A stretch of 64,000 nucleotides of DNA, taken from assembly GCA_964543295.1 (NCBI GenBank), contig CAZIXA010000007.1, positions 8,295-72,294 on the forward strand. The letters run 5' to 3'. Position numbers and translations under genes: made by a program. This document shows, piece by piece, positions 21,580-31,382 of the stretch (within the stretch, counting starts at the first letter, position 1; every line of letters begins with the position of its first letter). Source of the DNA: an uncultured Clostridia bacterium (GTDB lineage Bacteria > Aerophobota > Aerophobia > Aerophobales > AE-B3A). Under the pieces are notes generated by a model. It was not told where the DNA came from, did not search any database, and saw nothing but the letters and a program-made list of their open reading frames with translations.

Positions 21580-23618
21580 GGAAGGTATATATTATTGGAG
21601 ATCTTAGTCTTCGAGACTCTATCATAAAAAGACTGGGAGACTTAGTGCTTTTGCAGCCCGGAAAGATCGACGAAAAGACGATAACCTCATCCTTTAAGCC
21701 AACCCAGATAAAGACAGAAGAGCTGGAGGATAAGCTTTCTCAGCTCAATTGGACCATTAAATACCTGGAGCAGTTTGATGAGAAAAAAACCTCACTAGGA
21801 TTTTTCCCGGGTAAGACCATAATAAAAGAAAAGGATTTTTCCACATGGATTGAAAGTTTTGACTGGCTGAAAATCTATAAAAGATGCCAGGGGCTCGAAG
21901 AAGAAACGGAAATTCTGGGGGAAGAAAAAAATAATCTCGAAGAAAAGTATTCGCTTCTCTCGCCCTGGAGGCAGCTACCTATCTCTACGGAAAGATTAGA
22001 GGAAGGAAAATGGGTTGGCTACCAACTGGGAATGATTCGGGCTGAGACAAAAGATCTTTTTCAAAAAGAACTGGAGAAACTGGAAGCGACCCATTTAAAT
22101 ACCATTAAAGAAGAGGCGGGTAATCTTTTTTTCTTACTTATCTTCCTGAAGGAAGACCGAGAGAAGGTAGAATCTATTTTCCAGAAATTGAAAGTAGAAA
22201 AGGTTCAGCTTAAAGAATTCGGAGTCCCGGAGAGAAAATTAAAGGAAATTCGCCAAAGAATCAACCGCATAAAAAATCAAATAGGGAAAATCAAGACCGA
22301 ATCAAAGAGAATTTGCCGGGAAAAGGTTAAACTTATGGCTCTGTGCGATCATTTTTATCATCTGCTCCGAGAAAGAAAGGTAGCGGCAAATACCAGTTCA
22401 AGCCCCTACACCTTTCTCCTGGAAGGATGGATTAGAAAGGTTGATCTAAGCAAACTGAAAGATGGATTAAAAGATTTTTCATCCCTTGAAATCGTGGTAA
22501 GAAAGCCTCATCAAAGCGAGGAAAGTAAGGTTCCTGTTGCCCTCTCCAACACCTCTCCCTTCAAACCATTCGAGCTGGTAACTAATCTTTACGGACTACC
22601 CCGATACTTTGAAATTGATCCCACTCCCTTTCTGGCCCCTTTCTTTGCTCTTTTTCTGGCCATTTGTTTAACTGATGGTGGTTACGGGATCATTTTATCG
22701 GTACTTTCCTACCTCGTGCTTAAAAAATTTAAGGTGGAGGGAGGAGCAAAGAAACTATTCAGCATGTTGTTCATAGCTGGATTTTTTACCTTTGGGATAG
22801 GGCTCATCACCGGGGGTGTCTTTGGAATCGAGTTTACCCGTCTTCCAGCATCTTTAGGTTTTTTAAAAAAATTGGCCTTATTGAATCCCATGACAGACCC
22901 CATGACATTTCTGGGTATCTGCCTGGGCCTGGGACTCATACACCTATTGCTGGGGATAGGCCTGGAATTATGGGAAGATCTAAGAAGAAAAGATATAGTC
23001 TCGGCAGTGCTGGATCATGCCTCCTGGATCGTACTTATTCTGGGAATAATCCTTGTTGCTATGCCCATTCTGAAGAGTTTCCTTTTAGGAGCTAGCTCAG
23101 CAGCTACCCAGGAGGTAAGCCCGGGACCAAATATAGCTATGTCCCTCTCCTTTCAGAATCTTGCCAGAATCTGGAATACACTACCAGGATATTCCCGCGT
23201 AGGTCTGGTAATGTCCCTCTGGGGCGTGATGGCTCTATTTTTCTTTGTGGGAAGAAAAAGCAAAAATCTCTTTATTAGATTGGCTAAAGGAGGATATGAG
23301 CTCTATGGGATAGTTCAACTTTTTGCCGATGTCCTTTCCTATTCCCGACTTTTAGCCCTGGGTCTAGCCACTAGTGTAATCGCTACCGTAGTGAATACTA
23401 TAGCGGGAATGACCTATGGTATTCCTTTTATTGGCCCTGTGCTCATGGTGATCGTTCTTATAGGCGGTCATCTAGGCAACATCGTCATAAACTGTCTTTC
23501 TGGATTTATCCATACCTCTCGTCTTCAATTTGTAGAATTCTTTGGCAAATTCTATCAAGGAGGAGGGAAAGGCTTTAGACCTTTCCAGCGAGAAGGGAAA
23601 TACGTGGCCATACAGTAG
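21561..23618 (+). CDS. V-type ATP synthase subunit I (a-subunit)
   Basis: 685 aa; hydrophilic N-terminal half, multi-TM C-terminal half with LSYSRLLALGLA essential-Arg motif. Confidence 0.85.
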   Translation: MALYEMRKVYIIGDLSLRDSIIKRLGDLVLLQPGKIDEKTITSSFKPTQIKTEELEDKLSQLNWTIKYLEQFDEKKTSLGFFPGKTIIKEKDFSTWIESFDWLKIYKRCQGLEEETEILGEEKNNLEEKYSLLSPWRQLPISTERLEEGKWVGYQLGMIRAETKDLFQKELEKLEATHLNTIKEEAGNLFFLLIFLKEDREKVESIFQKLKVEKVQLKEFGVPERKLKEIRQRINRIKNQIGKIKTESKRICREKVKLMALCDHFYHLLRERKVAANTSSSPYTFLLEGWIRKVDLSKLKDGLKDFSSLEIVVRKPHQSEESKVPVALSNTSPFKPFELVTNLYGLPRYFEIDPTPFLAPFFALFLAICLTDGGYGIILSVLSYLVLKKFKVEGGAKKLFSMLFIAGFFTFGIGLITGGVFGIEFTRLPASLGFLKKLALLNPMTDPMTFLGICLGLGLIHLLLGIGLELWEDLRRKDIVSAVLDHASWIVLILGIILVAMPILKSFLLGASSAATQEVSPGPNIAMSLSFQNLARIWNTLPGYSRVGLVMSLWGVMALFFFVGRKSKNLFIRLAKGGYELYGIVQLFADVLSYSRLLALGLATSVIATVVNTIAGMTYGIPFIGPVLMVIVLIGGHLGNIVINCLSGFIHTSRLQFVEFFGKFYQGGGKGFRPFQREGKYVAIQ

Positions 23619-23635
23619 AATAAAGGAGAAGAAAG

Positions 23636-24805
23636 TTGCAGAGTTTTCAATTTTATCTTCCTACCAGAGTTTATTTCGGAAAAGGAACGATAGAAAAGGT
23701 AGGAGAAGAGGCTAAAAAACTAGGTAAAAGGGCTTTAGTTGTCACAGGTGGGAAATCCGCCAGAAGAATGGGAGCCTTGCAAAAAGTAGAAGACTCTCTG
23801 AAGAAAATGGGAGTAAAGACAATTCTTTTTGAGGGCGTGGAGGCCAACCCGGGTCTGGAGACGATAGAGAGAGGAACTAATCTTGCTAAAAAGGAAAAGT
23901 GCCAGATTATTGTGGGACTGGGAGGAGGAAGCCCCATGGATTCAGCCAAGGGAATTGCGGTCTCATCCACCAACCCAGGCAGCTTTGCCCAATACGTGGG
24001 AAGAAATAAACTGAAAGAGGCTCCCCTTTCAGTGATAGCCATTCCCACTACCGCAGGAACAGGGAGTGAAGTAACTCCTTATGCAGTCTTTACTACGACG
24101 GATGGGAAGCGCAGGAAAAAAATTATGGCTGACCCGCTTATCTTTCCTAAAGTAGCTTTGGTTGACCCGGAGCTCACCTTATCCTTACCTTCGTCGATTA
24201 CTGCCGACACAGGAATAGATGCTCTCTCCCACGCCATTGAGGGCCTTATTTCCAATAACTCGCAGCCCCTTAGTGATTATTTAGCCCTGGAAGCAATTAA
24301 ACTTCTCTCTACCCACTTACCAGAAGTAGCAAGAAATCCCCAGGATATAGAGATCCGGGGCCGGATTTTGCATGGGGCTCTCCTGGCAGGGATGGTCATC
24401 GCTCAAACAGGTACTATAATCGTTCACGGAATGAGTTACCGGCTAACTACTGATTTAAATCTTACTCATGGAAGAGCCTGTGGAATTCTTCTTCCCTGGG
24501 TATGTGAGTTTAATCTTAAGGGTAACTCTTCTAAACTCACCTCTTTAGCTAAAAGTTTAGGAGAAGACGTAGAAAATCTATCTCAAGAGGAAGCTGTTGA
24601 AAGAGTAGTCAATCGATTAAGGGATCTTCTCTTGCAGGTGGGTCTTCCCCAGAATTTAAAGTCGAGGAAAATAGAAGAATCCCAGATTAGGGATTTCGCT
24701 CATGAAGTGATGCAAGACACGCGAAAACTGGCCAACAATCCTCGTCAGGTCACACTGGAGGATGTAATAGAGATCTACCGGAAGGCGTTCGGGGTAGTTA
24801 AATGA
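23636..24805 (+). CDS. Iron-containing alcohol dehydrogenase
   Basis: GGGSPMDSAKG Fe-ADH motif; TTG start with RBS. Confidence 0.9.
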   Translation: MQSFQFYLPTRVYFGKGTIEKVGEEAKKLGKRALVVTGGKSARRMGALQKVEDSLKKMGVKTILFEGVEANPGLETIERGTNLAKKEKCQIIVGLGGGSPMDSAKGIAVSSTNPGSFAQYVGRNKLKEAPLSVIAIPTTAGTGSEVTPYAVFTTTDGKRRKKIMADPLIFPKVALVDPELTLSLPSSITADTGIDALSHAIEGLISNNSQPLSDYLALEAIKLLSTHLPEVARNPQDIEIRGRILHGALLAGMVIAQTGTIIVHGMSYRLTTDLNLTHGRACGILLPWVCEFNLKGNSSKLTSLAKSLGEDVENLSQEEAVERVVNRLRDLLLQVGLPQNLKSRKIEESQIRDFAHEVMQDTRKLANNPRQVTLEDVIEIYRKAFGVVK

Positions 24806-24891
24806 GCGTCAGGGTATCTTTCTCCGCTGGCTAACGGCCTACTTACTTTCTCACCTCCCCTCAAGGTCTTTATTTCTGGTTTTCATATATT

Positions 24892-25492
24892 TCAAACTAA
24901 ACTCAACCTTTTCAATTTTTCCGGAGTGGGAACTCGAGGCGATGGTTTAATAATGATGCAGTTTCCGGAAGCAACAGCGTAAGGTGCAAACCAGAGAGGG
25001 ACCATAAAGGGAAAGTTAAAAGGAGCAATACAACAGAAAACTCCTAAAGGCTGTCTGATAAGGTGCTCATCTATACCGGTTGCAATATCTTCCAGGTTAT
25101 ATCCCATCATCAGCGAAGGTATTCCGGTAGCAACCTCTAAATTTTCAATTCCCCTTCTTGTTTCTCCACGTGATTCATCAATGGTCTTTCCATGTTCCAT
25201 GGTTTGAATTCTGCTAGGCTCCTTAAAATTCTCTTCCAGGATCTCTTTCAATCGAAAAAGACACCTTGTTCTGGCAAGAGGTGGGGTTTTTCTCCATTCA
25301 GGATAAGTTTTTTTTAGCTTTTTCCACAGCTTCATTTACTTCTTCTGGGGTTGAGAGGGGGGCCCTGGCGATGGTTTTACAAGTTGCCGGATTTACAATA
25401 TCGTGAAGCTCACCTTTCGATTCAATCCATTCTCCATCAACATAGTTTTTCAACACCAGAGGTTCTTTTATTGGTTCTTCTAGGACTGCCAT
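24892..25492 (-). pseudogene. Aldehyde dehydrogenase (methylmalonate-semialdehyde DH-like), frameshifted and C-terminally truncated remnant
   Basis: Two overlapping ORFs (25298..25492 and 24892..25335) encode roughly the N-terminal 210 aa of an ALDH; catalytic C-terminal half absent. Confidence 0.75.
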
Positions 25493-25527
25493 ACCTTGCT
25501 CTCCTTATTTAATCATTAATTTTAGCT

Positions 25528-26541
25528 TTATAAAAGCTCATCTTTTAAAATTTTTCCGCAGGTTTGCCTGATAATTAGTTTTGTAGGAAGTATTACTCTT
25601 TTAATTTCACCTCTTTTACCCTGTATCCTTTTAATCATCAAATCAACAGCTTTTACCCCCATCTGGTAGCGAGGTTGACGCACAGTGGTAAGTTGGACAG
25701 TCTTCAGAGAAGCTATCCACATATCGTCAAATCCAACTAATGCTATATCCTGAGGAACCTTTACTCTGTTCTCTACACAGGCATCAATTGCTCCCAGAGC
25801 CATCATATCATTAGCACAGAAAACAGCTGTTGGAGGGCGGAATTCTTTTAAAAAAGAGATCATTACCCGGTATCCACTCTCGTACTTTAAATATCCTATT
25901 TTGACATAATTTTCTTGCAAGGAAAATCCTGCCTCTTGCAAGGCTTTTTTATACCCTTCGTATCTACCAAAGCTTGCCGGGGATTTTGGCTCACCTTCAA
26001 TAAAAGCAATCCTCTGATAACCTAATTTTGTAAGATGATTAACAGCCATTCTGGCAGAAGATATATTGTCAATCCCTACAAAATCAAACCTGCCCGGAAA
26101 AGGGTCTCTGTTAACCAGTACTATAGGGCAATTTTCCCTCAGATACTCGTTGAGATTAGCGGTACTGTGAGCCGAGGTAATAATTAACCCATCAATTTGT
26201 CTGGAGAGTAAAATCTCGATGGACTTTTTTTTCTGAAAAGGATCTGCGTCGGTATTACATAAAATTACATTAAAACCGTATTCTCTTGCTCTTTCTTCAA
26301 CTCCTCTTGCTATTTCAGGGAAAAAAGGATTGGCAATATCAGAAAGAACAAGCCCTATAATACCTGTGCTCTTTTTTCTCAGGTTGCGGGCAACAATATT
26401 TGGCCTGTAGCCAAGCTCTCTAACGGTTTTGTAGATTCTTTCCTTTGCTTTTTTGCTCACATAGGGTTTTTCATTAAGTGCTAAAGAGACACCAGCGGGT
26501 GAGACTCCAGCTAATTTTGCAACATCTTTAATTTTGGCCAA
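25528..26541 (-). CDS. LacI family transcriptional regulator
   Basis: N-terminal HTH (IKDVAKLAGVSPAGVSLALN) plus periplasmic-binding-fold sugar-binding domain. Confidence 0.92.
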   Translation of the reverse strand: MAKIKDVAKLAGVSPAGVSLALNEKPYVSKKAKERIYKTVRELGYRPNIVARNLRKKSTGIIGLVLSDIANPFFPEIARGVEERAREYGFNVILCNTDADPFQKKKSIEILLSRQIDGLIITSAHSTANLNEYLRENCPIVLVNRDPFPGRFDFVGIDNISSARMAVNHLTKLGYQRIAFIEGEPKSPASFGRYEGYKKALQEAGFSLQENYVKIGYLKYESGYRVMISFLKEFRPPTAVFCANDMMALGAIDACVENRVKVPQDIALVGFDDMWIASLKTVQLTTVRQPRYQMGVKAVDLMIKRIQGKRGEIKRVILPTKLIIRQTCGKILKDELL

Positions 26542-26612
26542 ATTTTAGCTCCATTATTAAAACGACTCATTATTAAATCGTAATACCGTCACTATTTTTT
26601 CTGTCAAGCTAG

Positions 26613-26641
26613 TTGACACCTCCTAGCACCCCTGATATATT
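26613..26641 (+). promoter_or_regulatory. Sigma70-like promoter (TTGACA-17-TATATT) upstream of glmS leader / repeat copy 2
   Basis: Consensus -35, 17-nt spacer, near-consensus -10. Confidence 0.5.
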
Positions 26642-26658
26642 CAAGGGTAAATACTTAG

Positions 26659-26800
26659 TGAACCCCGTCATTGCGAAGCGATCTCGGTAGTCGCAAGGCT
26701 CAGAGCCTGCGTTTATACGCACCCTAAAGGGTGCGGCTACCCGCTCTGTTCTTTGCAGTCAACAACATGGAACGTCCTTCACTGAATATTTACATCAAAA
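26659..26800 (+). repeat. Structured RNA-like dispersed repeat, copy 2 (within glmS 5' leader)
   Basis: Homologous to 15990-16115 with small indels; same two hairpins. Confidence 0.7.
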
Positions 26801-26837
26801 AGCTCTGGGGGAAAAACACCAAGGAGGGAGGATAGAA

Positions 26838-28670
26838 ATGTGTGGCATTGTGGGATATGCGGGTGATAAATTTGTAGATTCTTTGTTGGTTGCGGGCTTA
26901 GAAAGGCTGGAATATAGAGGTTATGATTCTGCCGGCATTGCTACTTTAGACCAGGGAAGATTAAAGATAAAAAAGACGGCCGGTAAAATCCAACTTTTAA
27001 AAGAAAAATTGAAGGAAGATCCCTTAGGCGGGGAACTCGGAATCGGGCATACCCGCTGGGCTACTCATGGAGAGCCTACTACGGCAAATGCTCATCCTCA
27101 TACTGATTGCAGGGAAGAAATAGCTGTTATTCACAATGGGATTATTGAAAATTTCGAGTCTCTTCGAGAAAAATTAATCACCGAAGGTCACACGTTTAAG
27201 ACAGATACAGATACCGAAATCATCTCCCACTTAATAGAAAAGTTCTTGGAGGATGATCTCCATTTGGCTGTTCAAAAGAGCCTGAAATTCTTAAAGGGAA
27301 GCTATGCACTGGCCGTTATAAGCAGAAAGGATCTCGATAAAATAGTAGCTGCTAGATGGGAAAGTCCTCTGGTAATTGGGATAGGGAAAGACGAGAATTT
27401 CCTGGCCTCAGATGTGGGGGCTATCCTAAATTTAACCTCCAGAATAATATTCTTAGAAGATGGAGAAACGGCTACCATCACAAAAAATGAGGTCAAAGTA
27501 TTCAGCAAGGACGGTAGTCTTATCAAAAAAAGAGTCAAGAGACTCAAATGGGAGATTCTCGGAGGTCCTAAAAAAGATGGCTATCGCCATTTTATGCTCA
27601 AGGAGATACATGAGCAGCCAAATATCATCCGCCACGTTCTAAAGAGGCGAATTTCCAGAGATAAAAATAATCTTTATTTCGAAAACATCAACCTGAGTGA
27701 GGAAAAAATATCAAAGATTGACAGGATAATTATTCAAGCCTGCGGTACCTCCTGGCATGTGGGGTTGGTTGGCAAGTATCTTTTTGAAAAACACCTGTGT
27801 CTTCACACGGAGGTGGACATAAGCTCCGAATTTAGATATCGGAATCCGGTGGCCGGTGGAGATACCTTGGTCATGGCCATCTCTCAATCGGGTGAGACTG
27901 CCGACACTCTGGCCGGGATAAGACTGGCTAAAAGCAAGTTTCTCCAGGTTCTATCCCTCTGTAACACCATAGAGAGCACCATAGCCCGAGAATCAGAGGG
28001 AGTGATTTACGTCTATGCTGGTCCGGAGATCGGAGTGGCTTCCACCAAAGCCTATACGGCAGAACTTTTGGCTCTTTTTCTCCTCACCATTAGCTGGGGA
28101 ATGCTGCGAAACTCTATTTCACGGGAGAAGGCTCGGAAGATGATAAAAGAACTAGAAAAAATACCTTCCGCGCTGGAAGAACTCCTTGACAATCAAAAGG
28201 AGATCCATGAGTGTGCACAAAAGTTTTACCAGGCCCCTAACTTCCTTTTTCTGGGAAGAAGCTTCAACTATCCTACTGCTCTGGAGGGAGCATTAAAACT
28301 GAAGGAAATCTCTTATATCCATGCTGAAGGATATGCAGCGGGTGAGATGAAACACGGACCAATTGCTCTGGTGGATGAAAAAATGCCGGTAGTATGTATA
28401 GCCCTGAAGGATTCTGTCTATGAGAAAATGGTAAGTAATATCCGGGAAGTCAAAGCTAGAAACGGAAAAATCATAGCAGTTGCCACCAAAGGTGATGACC
28501 AAATTAGAAAATATGCTGATCACACTATTTTCATTCCTCCTATTGCTGAGGAGTTCTCTCCCATCCTGGCTGTCATCCCCTTGCAGCTTCTTGCCTACCA
28601 CATCGCTATAAAAAGAGGCTGCCATGTGGACCAGCCAAGAAATCTGGCCAAAAGCGTCACCGTGGAGTAA
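26838..28670 (+). CDS. glmS: Glutamine--fructose-6-phosphate aminotransferase
   Basis: MCGIVGY N-terminal nucleophile; two SIS domains; 610 aa. Confidence 0.97.
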   Translation: MCGIVGYAGDKFVDSLLVAGLERLEYRGYDSAGIATLDQGRLKIKKTAGKIQLLKEKLKEDPLGGELGIGHTRWATHGEPTTANAHPHTDCREEIAVIHNGIIENFESLREKLITEGHTFKTDTDTEIISHLIEKFLEDDLHLAVQKSLKFLKGSYALAVISRKDLDKIVAARWESPLVIGIGKDENFLASDVGAILNLTSRIIFLEDGETATITKNEVKVFSKDGSLIKKRVKRLKWEILGGPKKDGYRHFMLKEIHEQPNIIRHVLKRRISRDKNNLYFENINLSEEKISKIDRIIIQACGTSWHVGLVGKYLFEKHLCLHTEVDISSEFRYRNPVAGGDTLVMAISQSGETADTLAGIRLAKSKFLQVLSLCNTIESTIARESEGVIYVYAGPEIGVASTKAYTAELLALFLLTISWGMLRNSISREKARKMIKELEKIPSALEELLDNQKEIHECAQKFYQAPNFLFLGRSFNYPTALEGALKLKEISYIHAEGYAAGEMKHGPIALVDEKMPVVCIALKDSVYEKMVSNIREVKARNGKIIAVATKGDDQIRKYADHTIFIPPIAEEFSPILAVIPLQLLAYHIAIKRGCHVDQPRNLAKSVTVE

Positions 28671-28703
28671 GATTAACCGAAAAACAAAAAAGGAGAGCTG
28701 CCA

Positions 28704-29270
28704 GTGAGAAAGAAATTAAAATTTCTTTACCCAACTATAATATTTACTATCTTTTTCAGTCTTCCTGTTTTTGCTTTACCTTGTCAAAACGTAGAAGTAG
28801 TTACCGATAGAGAATATTTCCAGGTAGTCCATCAAACCCTCAGAGAGGCCAGTCATTCTATTCAGGTAATGATGTATAAGATAGGTTATTACGAGAAATA
28901 CCCAGATAGTCCCAGTAATATCTTGATCAAAGATTTAACAAAGGCTAAGCAACGAGGAGTTGAGGTGAAGGTAATCCTTGACGTAAGCGATTGGAATCAA
29001 AAAGTTACCAGGGACAACAAAAATACAGGTCGAATTCTATCCAAATATGGCGTAGAAGTAGCCTATGATCCCTTGTCCGTCAACACCCATGCTAAATTAG
29101 TCATCATCGATGGTATAATCACCGTCCTGGGAAGTACTAACTGGACCTATTATTCCCTAGCTCACAATAATGAAGTCTCGGTTCTTATAAAATCAAAGGA
29201 AACAGCTCAAAAGCTTTCTGACCATTTCCAAAGGATATGGAAGACATGCCAACATGAAAGGAAAGGATAG
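28704..29270 (+). CDS. Secreted phospholipase D-like (single HKD, Nuc-like) protein
   Basis: Signal peptide; HAKLVIIDG...GSTNWT HxK(x4)D(x6)GSxN motif. Confidence 0.8.
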   Translation: MRKKLKFLYPTIIFTIFFSLPVFALPCQNVEVVTDREYFQVVHQTLREASHSIQVMMYKIGYYEKYPDSPSNILIKDLTKAKQRGVEVKVILDVSDWNQKVTRDNKNTGRILSKYGVEVAYDPLSVNTHAKLVIIDGIITVLGSTNWTYYSLAHNNEVSVLIKSKETAQKLSDHFQRIWKTCQHERKG

Positions 29271-29423
29271 TGGCAATCGCTCACCACAACCCTTGCTCTA
29301 TTGCAGGTCATACACAGGTCTCCTCATTTATTACTCGATCAATTTCTCGATGATTTTCAGGCAAAAATCAGGTAAGTCATCAGGTGAGGACTCAGTTTCG
29401 TCTTGCCGGCCTGATTTTTATTC

Positions 29424-29570
29424 TGGAGAAATCAGGAGGCGTACAGGATTGCCGATTTTTTTCCTAAGGCGATCAAAAGCCTCATTAATTCTATCCAAAG
29501 AAGTCTTCTCACTCACAGCCGCAGAAATATCTAGCCCGCCTTCCGAGATCAAGTTAACCATTCGTTTTAA
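29424..29570 (-). pseudogene. C-terminal remnant of a Zn-dependent (MDR) alcohol dehydrogenase
   Basis: Minus-strand translation MVNLISEGGLDISAAVSEKTSLDRINEAFDRLRKKIGNPVRLLISPE* resembles MDR-ADH C-termini; no upstream continuation. Confidence 0.4.
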
Positions 29571-29603
29571 ATCTGCTAAGATTCTAGATTGTCTTGACCT
29601 AAT

Positions 29604-30371
29604 TTAAAGGGCAGCTAACCAACCTCCATCGACAAATATCATCTGGCCGGTAATATAATCGGAGGCTTCCGATGCCAGGAATACTACCACTCCAGCTAAA
29701 TCCTGGGGGATGCCGATCCTTCCCAGAGGGATCCTGGCCACAGTTTTCTTGACCCATTCTTTGTCGGCAAATAAAGGAGCAGTTTGTTGGGTCTTAAAAT
29801 AACCAGGCCCAATTGCATTAACGTTTATGTTGTAAGGAGCCCATTCTACAGCTAAACCTCTGGTAAGCTGGAGTATTCCACCTCGGCTGGCCACATAGGG
29901 GATAATTCTAGGAGTGCCTCTCGTAGAAGTTAGGGAACCAATGTTAATTATCTTCCCCTTCTTCTGCTTAACCATGGCTTTAGCCGCTGCCTGAGCACAA
30001 AAGAAAGAGGCCTTAAGGATTGTATCTACCACCTTATCCCAATCCTCTTCAGTTATTTCCAGGGAGAGCTTTCGGACAATGGTACCCGCATTATTGACCA
30101 GAATATCTATCCTGCCAAACTCATCCAGGGTATTTTTTATCATCCTGTTAATCTGGTCTACTTTTGATACATCCGTAGGAAGAGGTAGACTCCGACTTCC
30201 TCTTTGCCTGATCTCTTCAGCCGTCTTCTCTAAAGCAGATATAGTCCTGCTGGCAACGGCTACATCGGCCCCGGCTTCGGCTAAAGCCAGGGCCATTTCC
30301 CGCCCTAAACCTCTGCCTCCTCCTGTAACCAGAGCAACTTTACCTGTCAAATCCATCTTTGATAAACTCAT
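29604..30371 (-). CDS. SDR family oxidoreductase (KduD/gluconate 5-dehydrogenase-like)
   Basis: TGGGRGLG cofactor motif, YxxxK catalytic motif, C-terminal FVDGGW. Confidence 0.9.
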   Translation of the reverse strand: MSLSKMDLTGKVALVTGGGRGLGREMALALAEAGADVAVASRTISALEKTAEEIRQRGSRSLPLPTDVSKVDQINRMIKNTLDEFGRIDILVNNAGTIVRKLSLEITEEDWDKVVDTILKASFFCAQAAAKAMVKQKKGKIINIGSLTSTRGTPRIIPYVASRGGILQLTRGLAVEWAPYNINVNAIGPGYFKTQQTAPLFADKEWVKKTVARIPLGRIGIPQDLAGVVVFLASEASDYITGQMIFVDGGWLAAL

Positions 30372-30580
30372 AGTCTTTTCCCTTATAAGGGCGCTGTTGG
30401 TAGAACTTTTTTTGAGGATTATTCCTTGTCTAGAGGAAAAAAAGAAAGTCTTTAGCGAAGAGAAAAAGTGCTGAAAAGTTAATTGCTCTTTTGAGAGAGT
30501 TTTCTATGTCCAGACGAGCTAGAGCTACGGCAACATTTGTCTTCGCTCCTCCAGCCCACTTTCTAAACCTTGGCTATTCT

Positions 30581-31346
30581 CTAGAGCGAAAGCCATCCCC
30601 CATCAACAAAAATGGTTTGACCAGTAATATAATCAGAGGTTTCTGAAAGCAAGAAAAATAGCTACTCCTCCCAGATCCTCGGGATTCCCCCATCTTCCCA
30701 GAGGAATTCTGTCACTAAGTTCCTTATAGCGATTTTTATCTTTACGTAGCGGTTCAGTCTGGTCAGTGATGAAATAACCGGGACCTATGGCATTAACCTT
30801 GATATTATATTGAGCCCAGTCATTGGCCAGAGCTTTGGTTAGCTGAGCAACTCCTCCTTTACTGGCTGCGTAGGCCGGAATAGTTTTCCCACCACCTACA
30901 GCAATTAGAGAAGAAGTATCTATGATCTTGCCTCCCCCTTGTTTAATCATAATTCTACCCACCATCTGAGAACAGAGAAAAACTGCTTTTAAGTTGACAT
31001 TTATGACATCGTCCCAATCCTCCTCCGAGTAGTTTTCGCTTGGACAGCGGCGAATAATCCCAGCATTGTTAAATAAGAAACCAATCTCCCCAAATTCCTC
31101 CATCGCTCTATCTACCATAGCCTGGATGTCTTCTTTCTTAGAAACATCGGCAACTACTGGTATTACCCGGTATACAAATTCTCTTATCTCCTTAGCTGTC
31201 TTCTCCAGAACAGACTTGGTTCTGCTGACAACAACCAGGCCTGCCCCAGCCTGAGCCAAGGCCGTAGCTATACCTCTTCCCAATCCACGACTCGCCCCCG
31301 TAACAATTCCAGTTTTTCCTTCCAGACTAAATTTATCCAGAATCAT
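30581..31346 (-). CDS. SDR family oxidoreductase with C-terminal +1 frameshift (ORF as read 30633..31346)
   Basis: TGASRGLG motif; reading ends ...IFLAFRNL*, but the adjacent frame encodes SETSDYITGQTIFVDGGWLSL* up to a stop at 30581; extra T in a TTT run near 30655. Confidence 0.8.
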
Positions 31347-31382
31347 AGATTTCCTCCTGCCAATTTTTCATATGATTATCCG

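Noticed and set aside
26659-26837. Possible glmS ribozyme in the glmS 5' UTR
   Set aside because: No match to the conserved glmS-ribozyme core sequences. The structured part of the leader is a repeat that also occurs between ppdK and hflC, in an orientation incompatible with a shared cis-regulatory role for a plus-strand gene.
29254-29607. 117-aa plus-strand ORF
   Set aside because: Low-complexity sequence with no recognisable domain. The opposite strand encodes a recognisable ADH C-terminal remnant, so this is most likely a shadow ORF.
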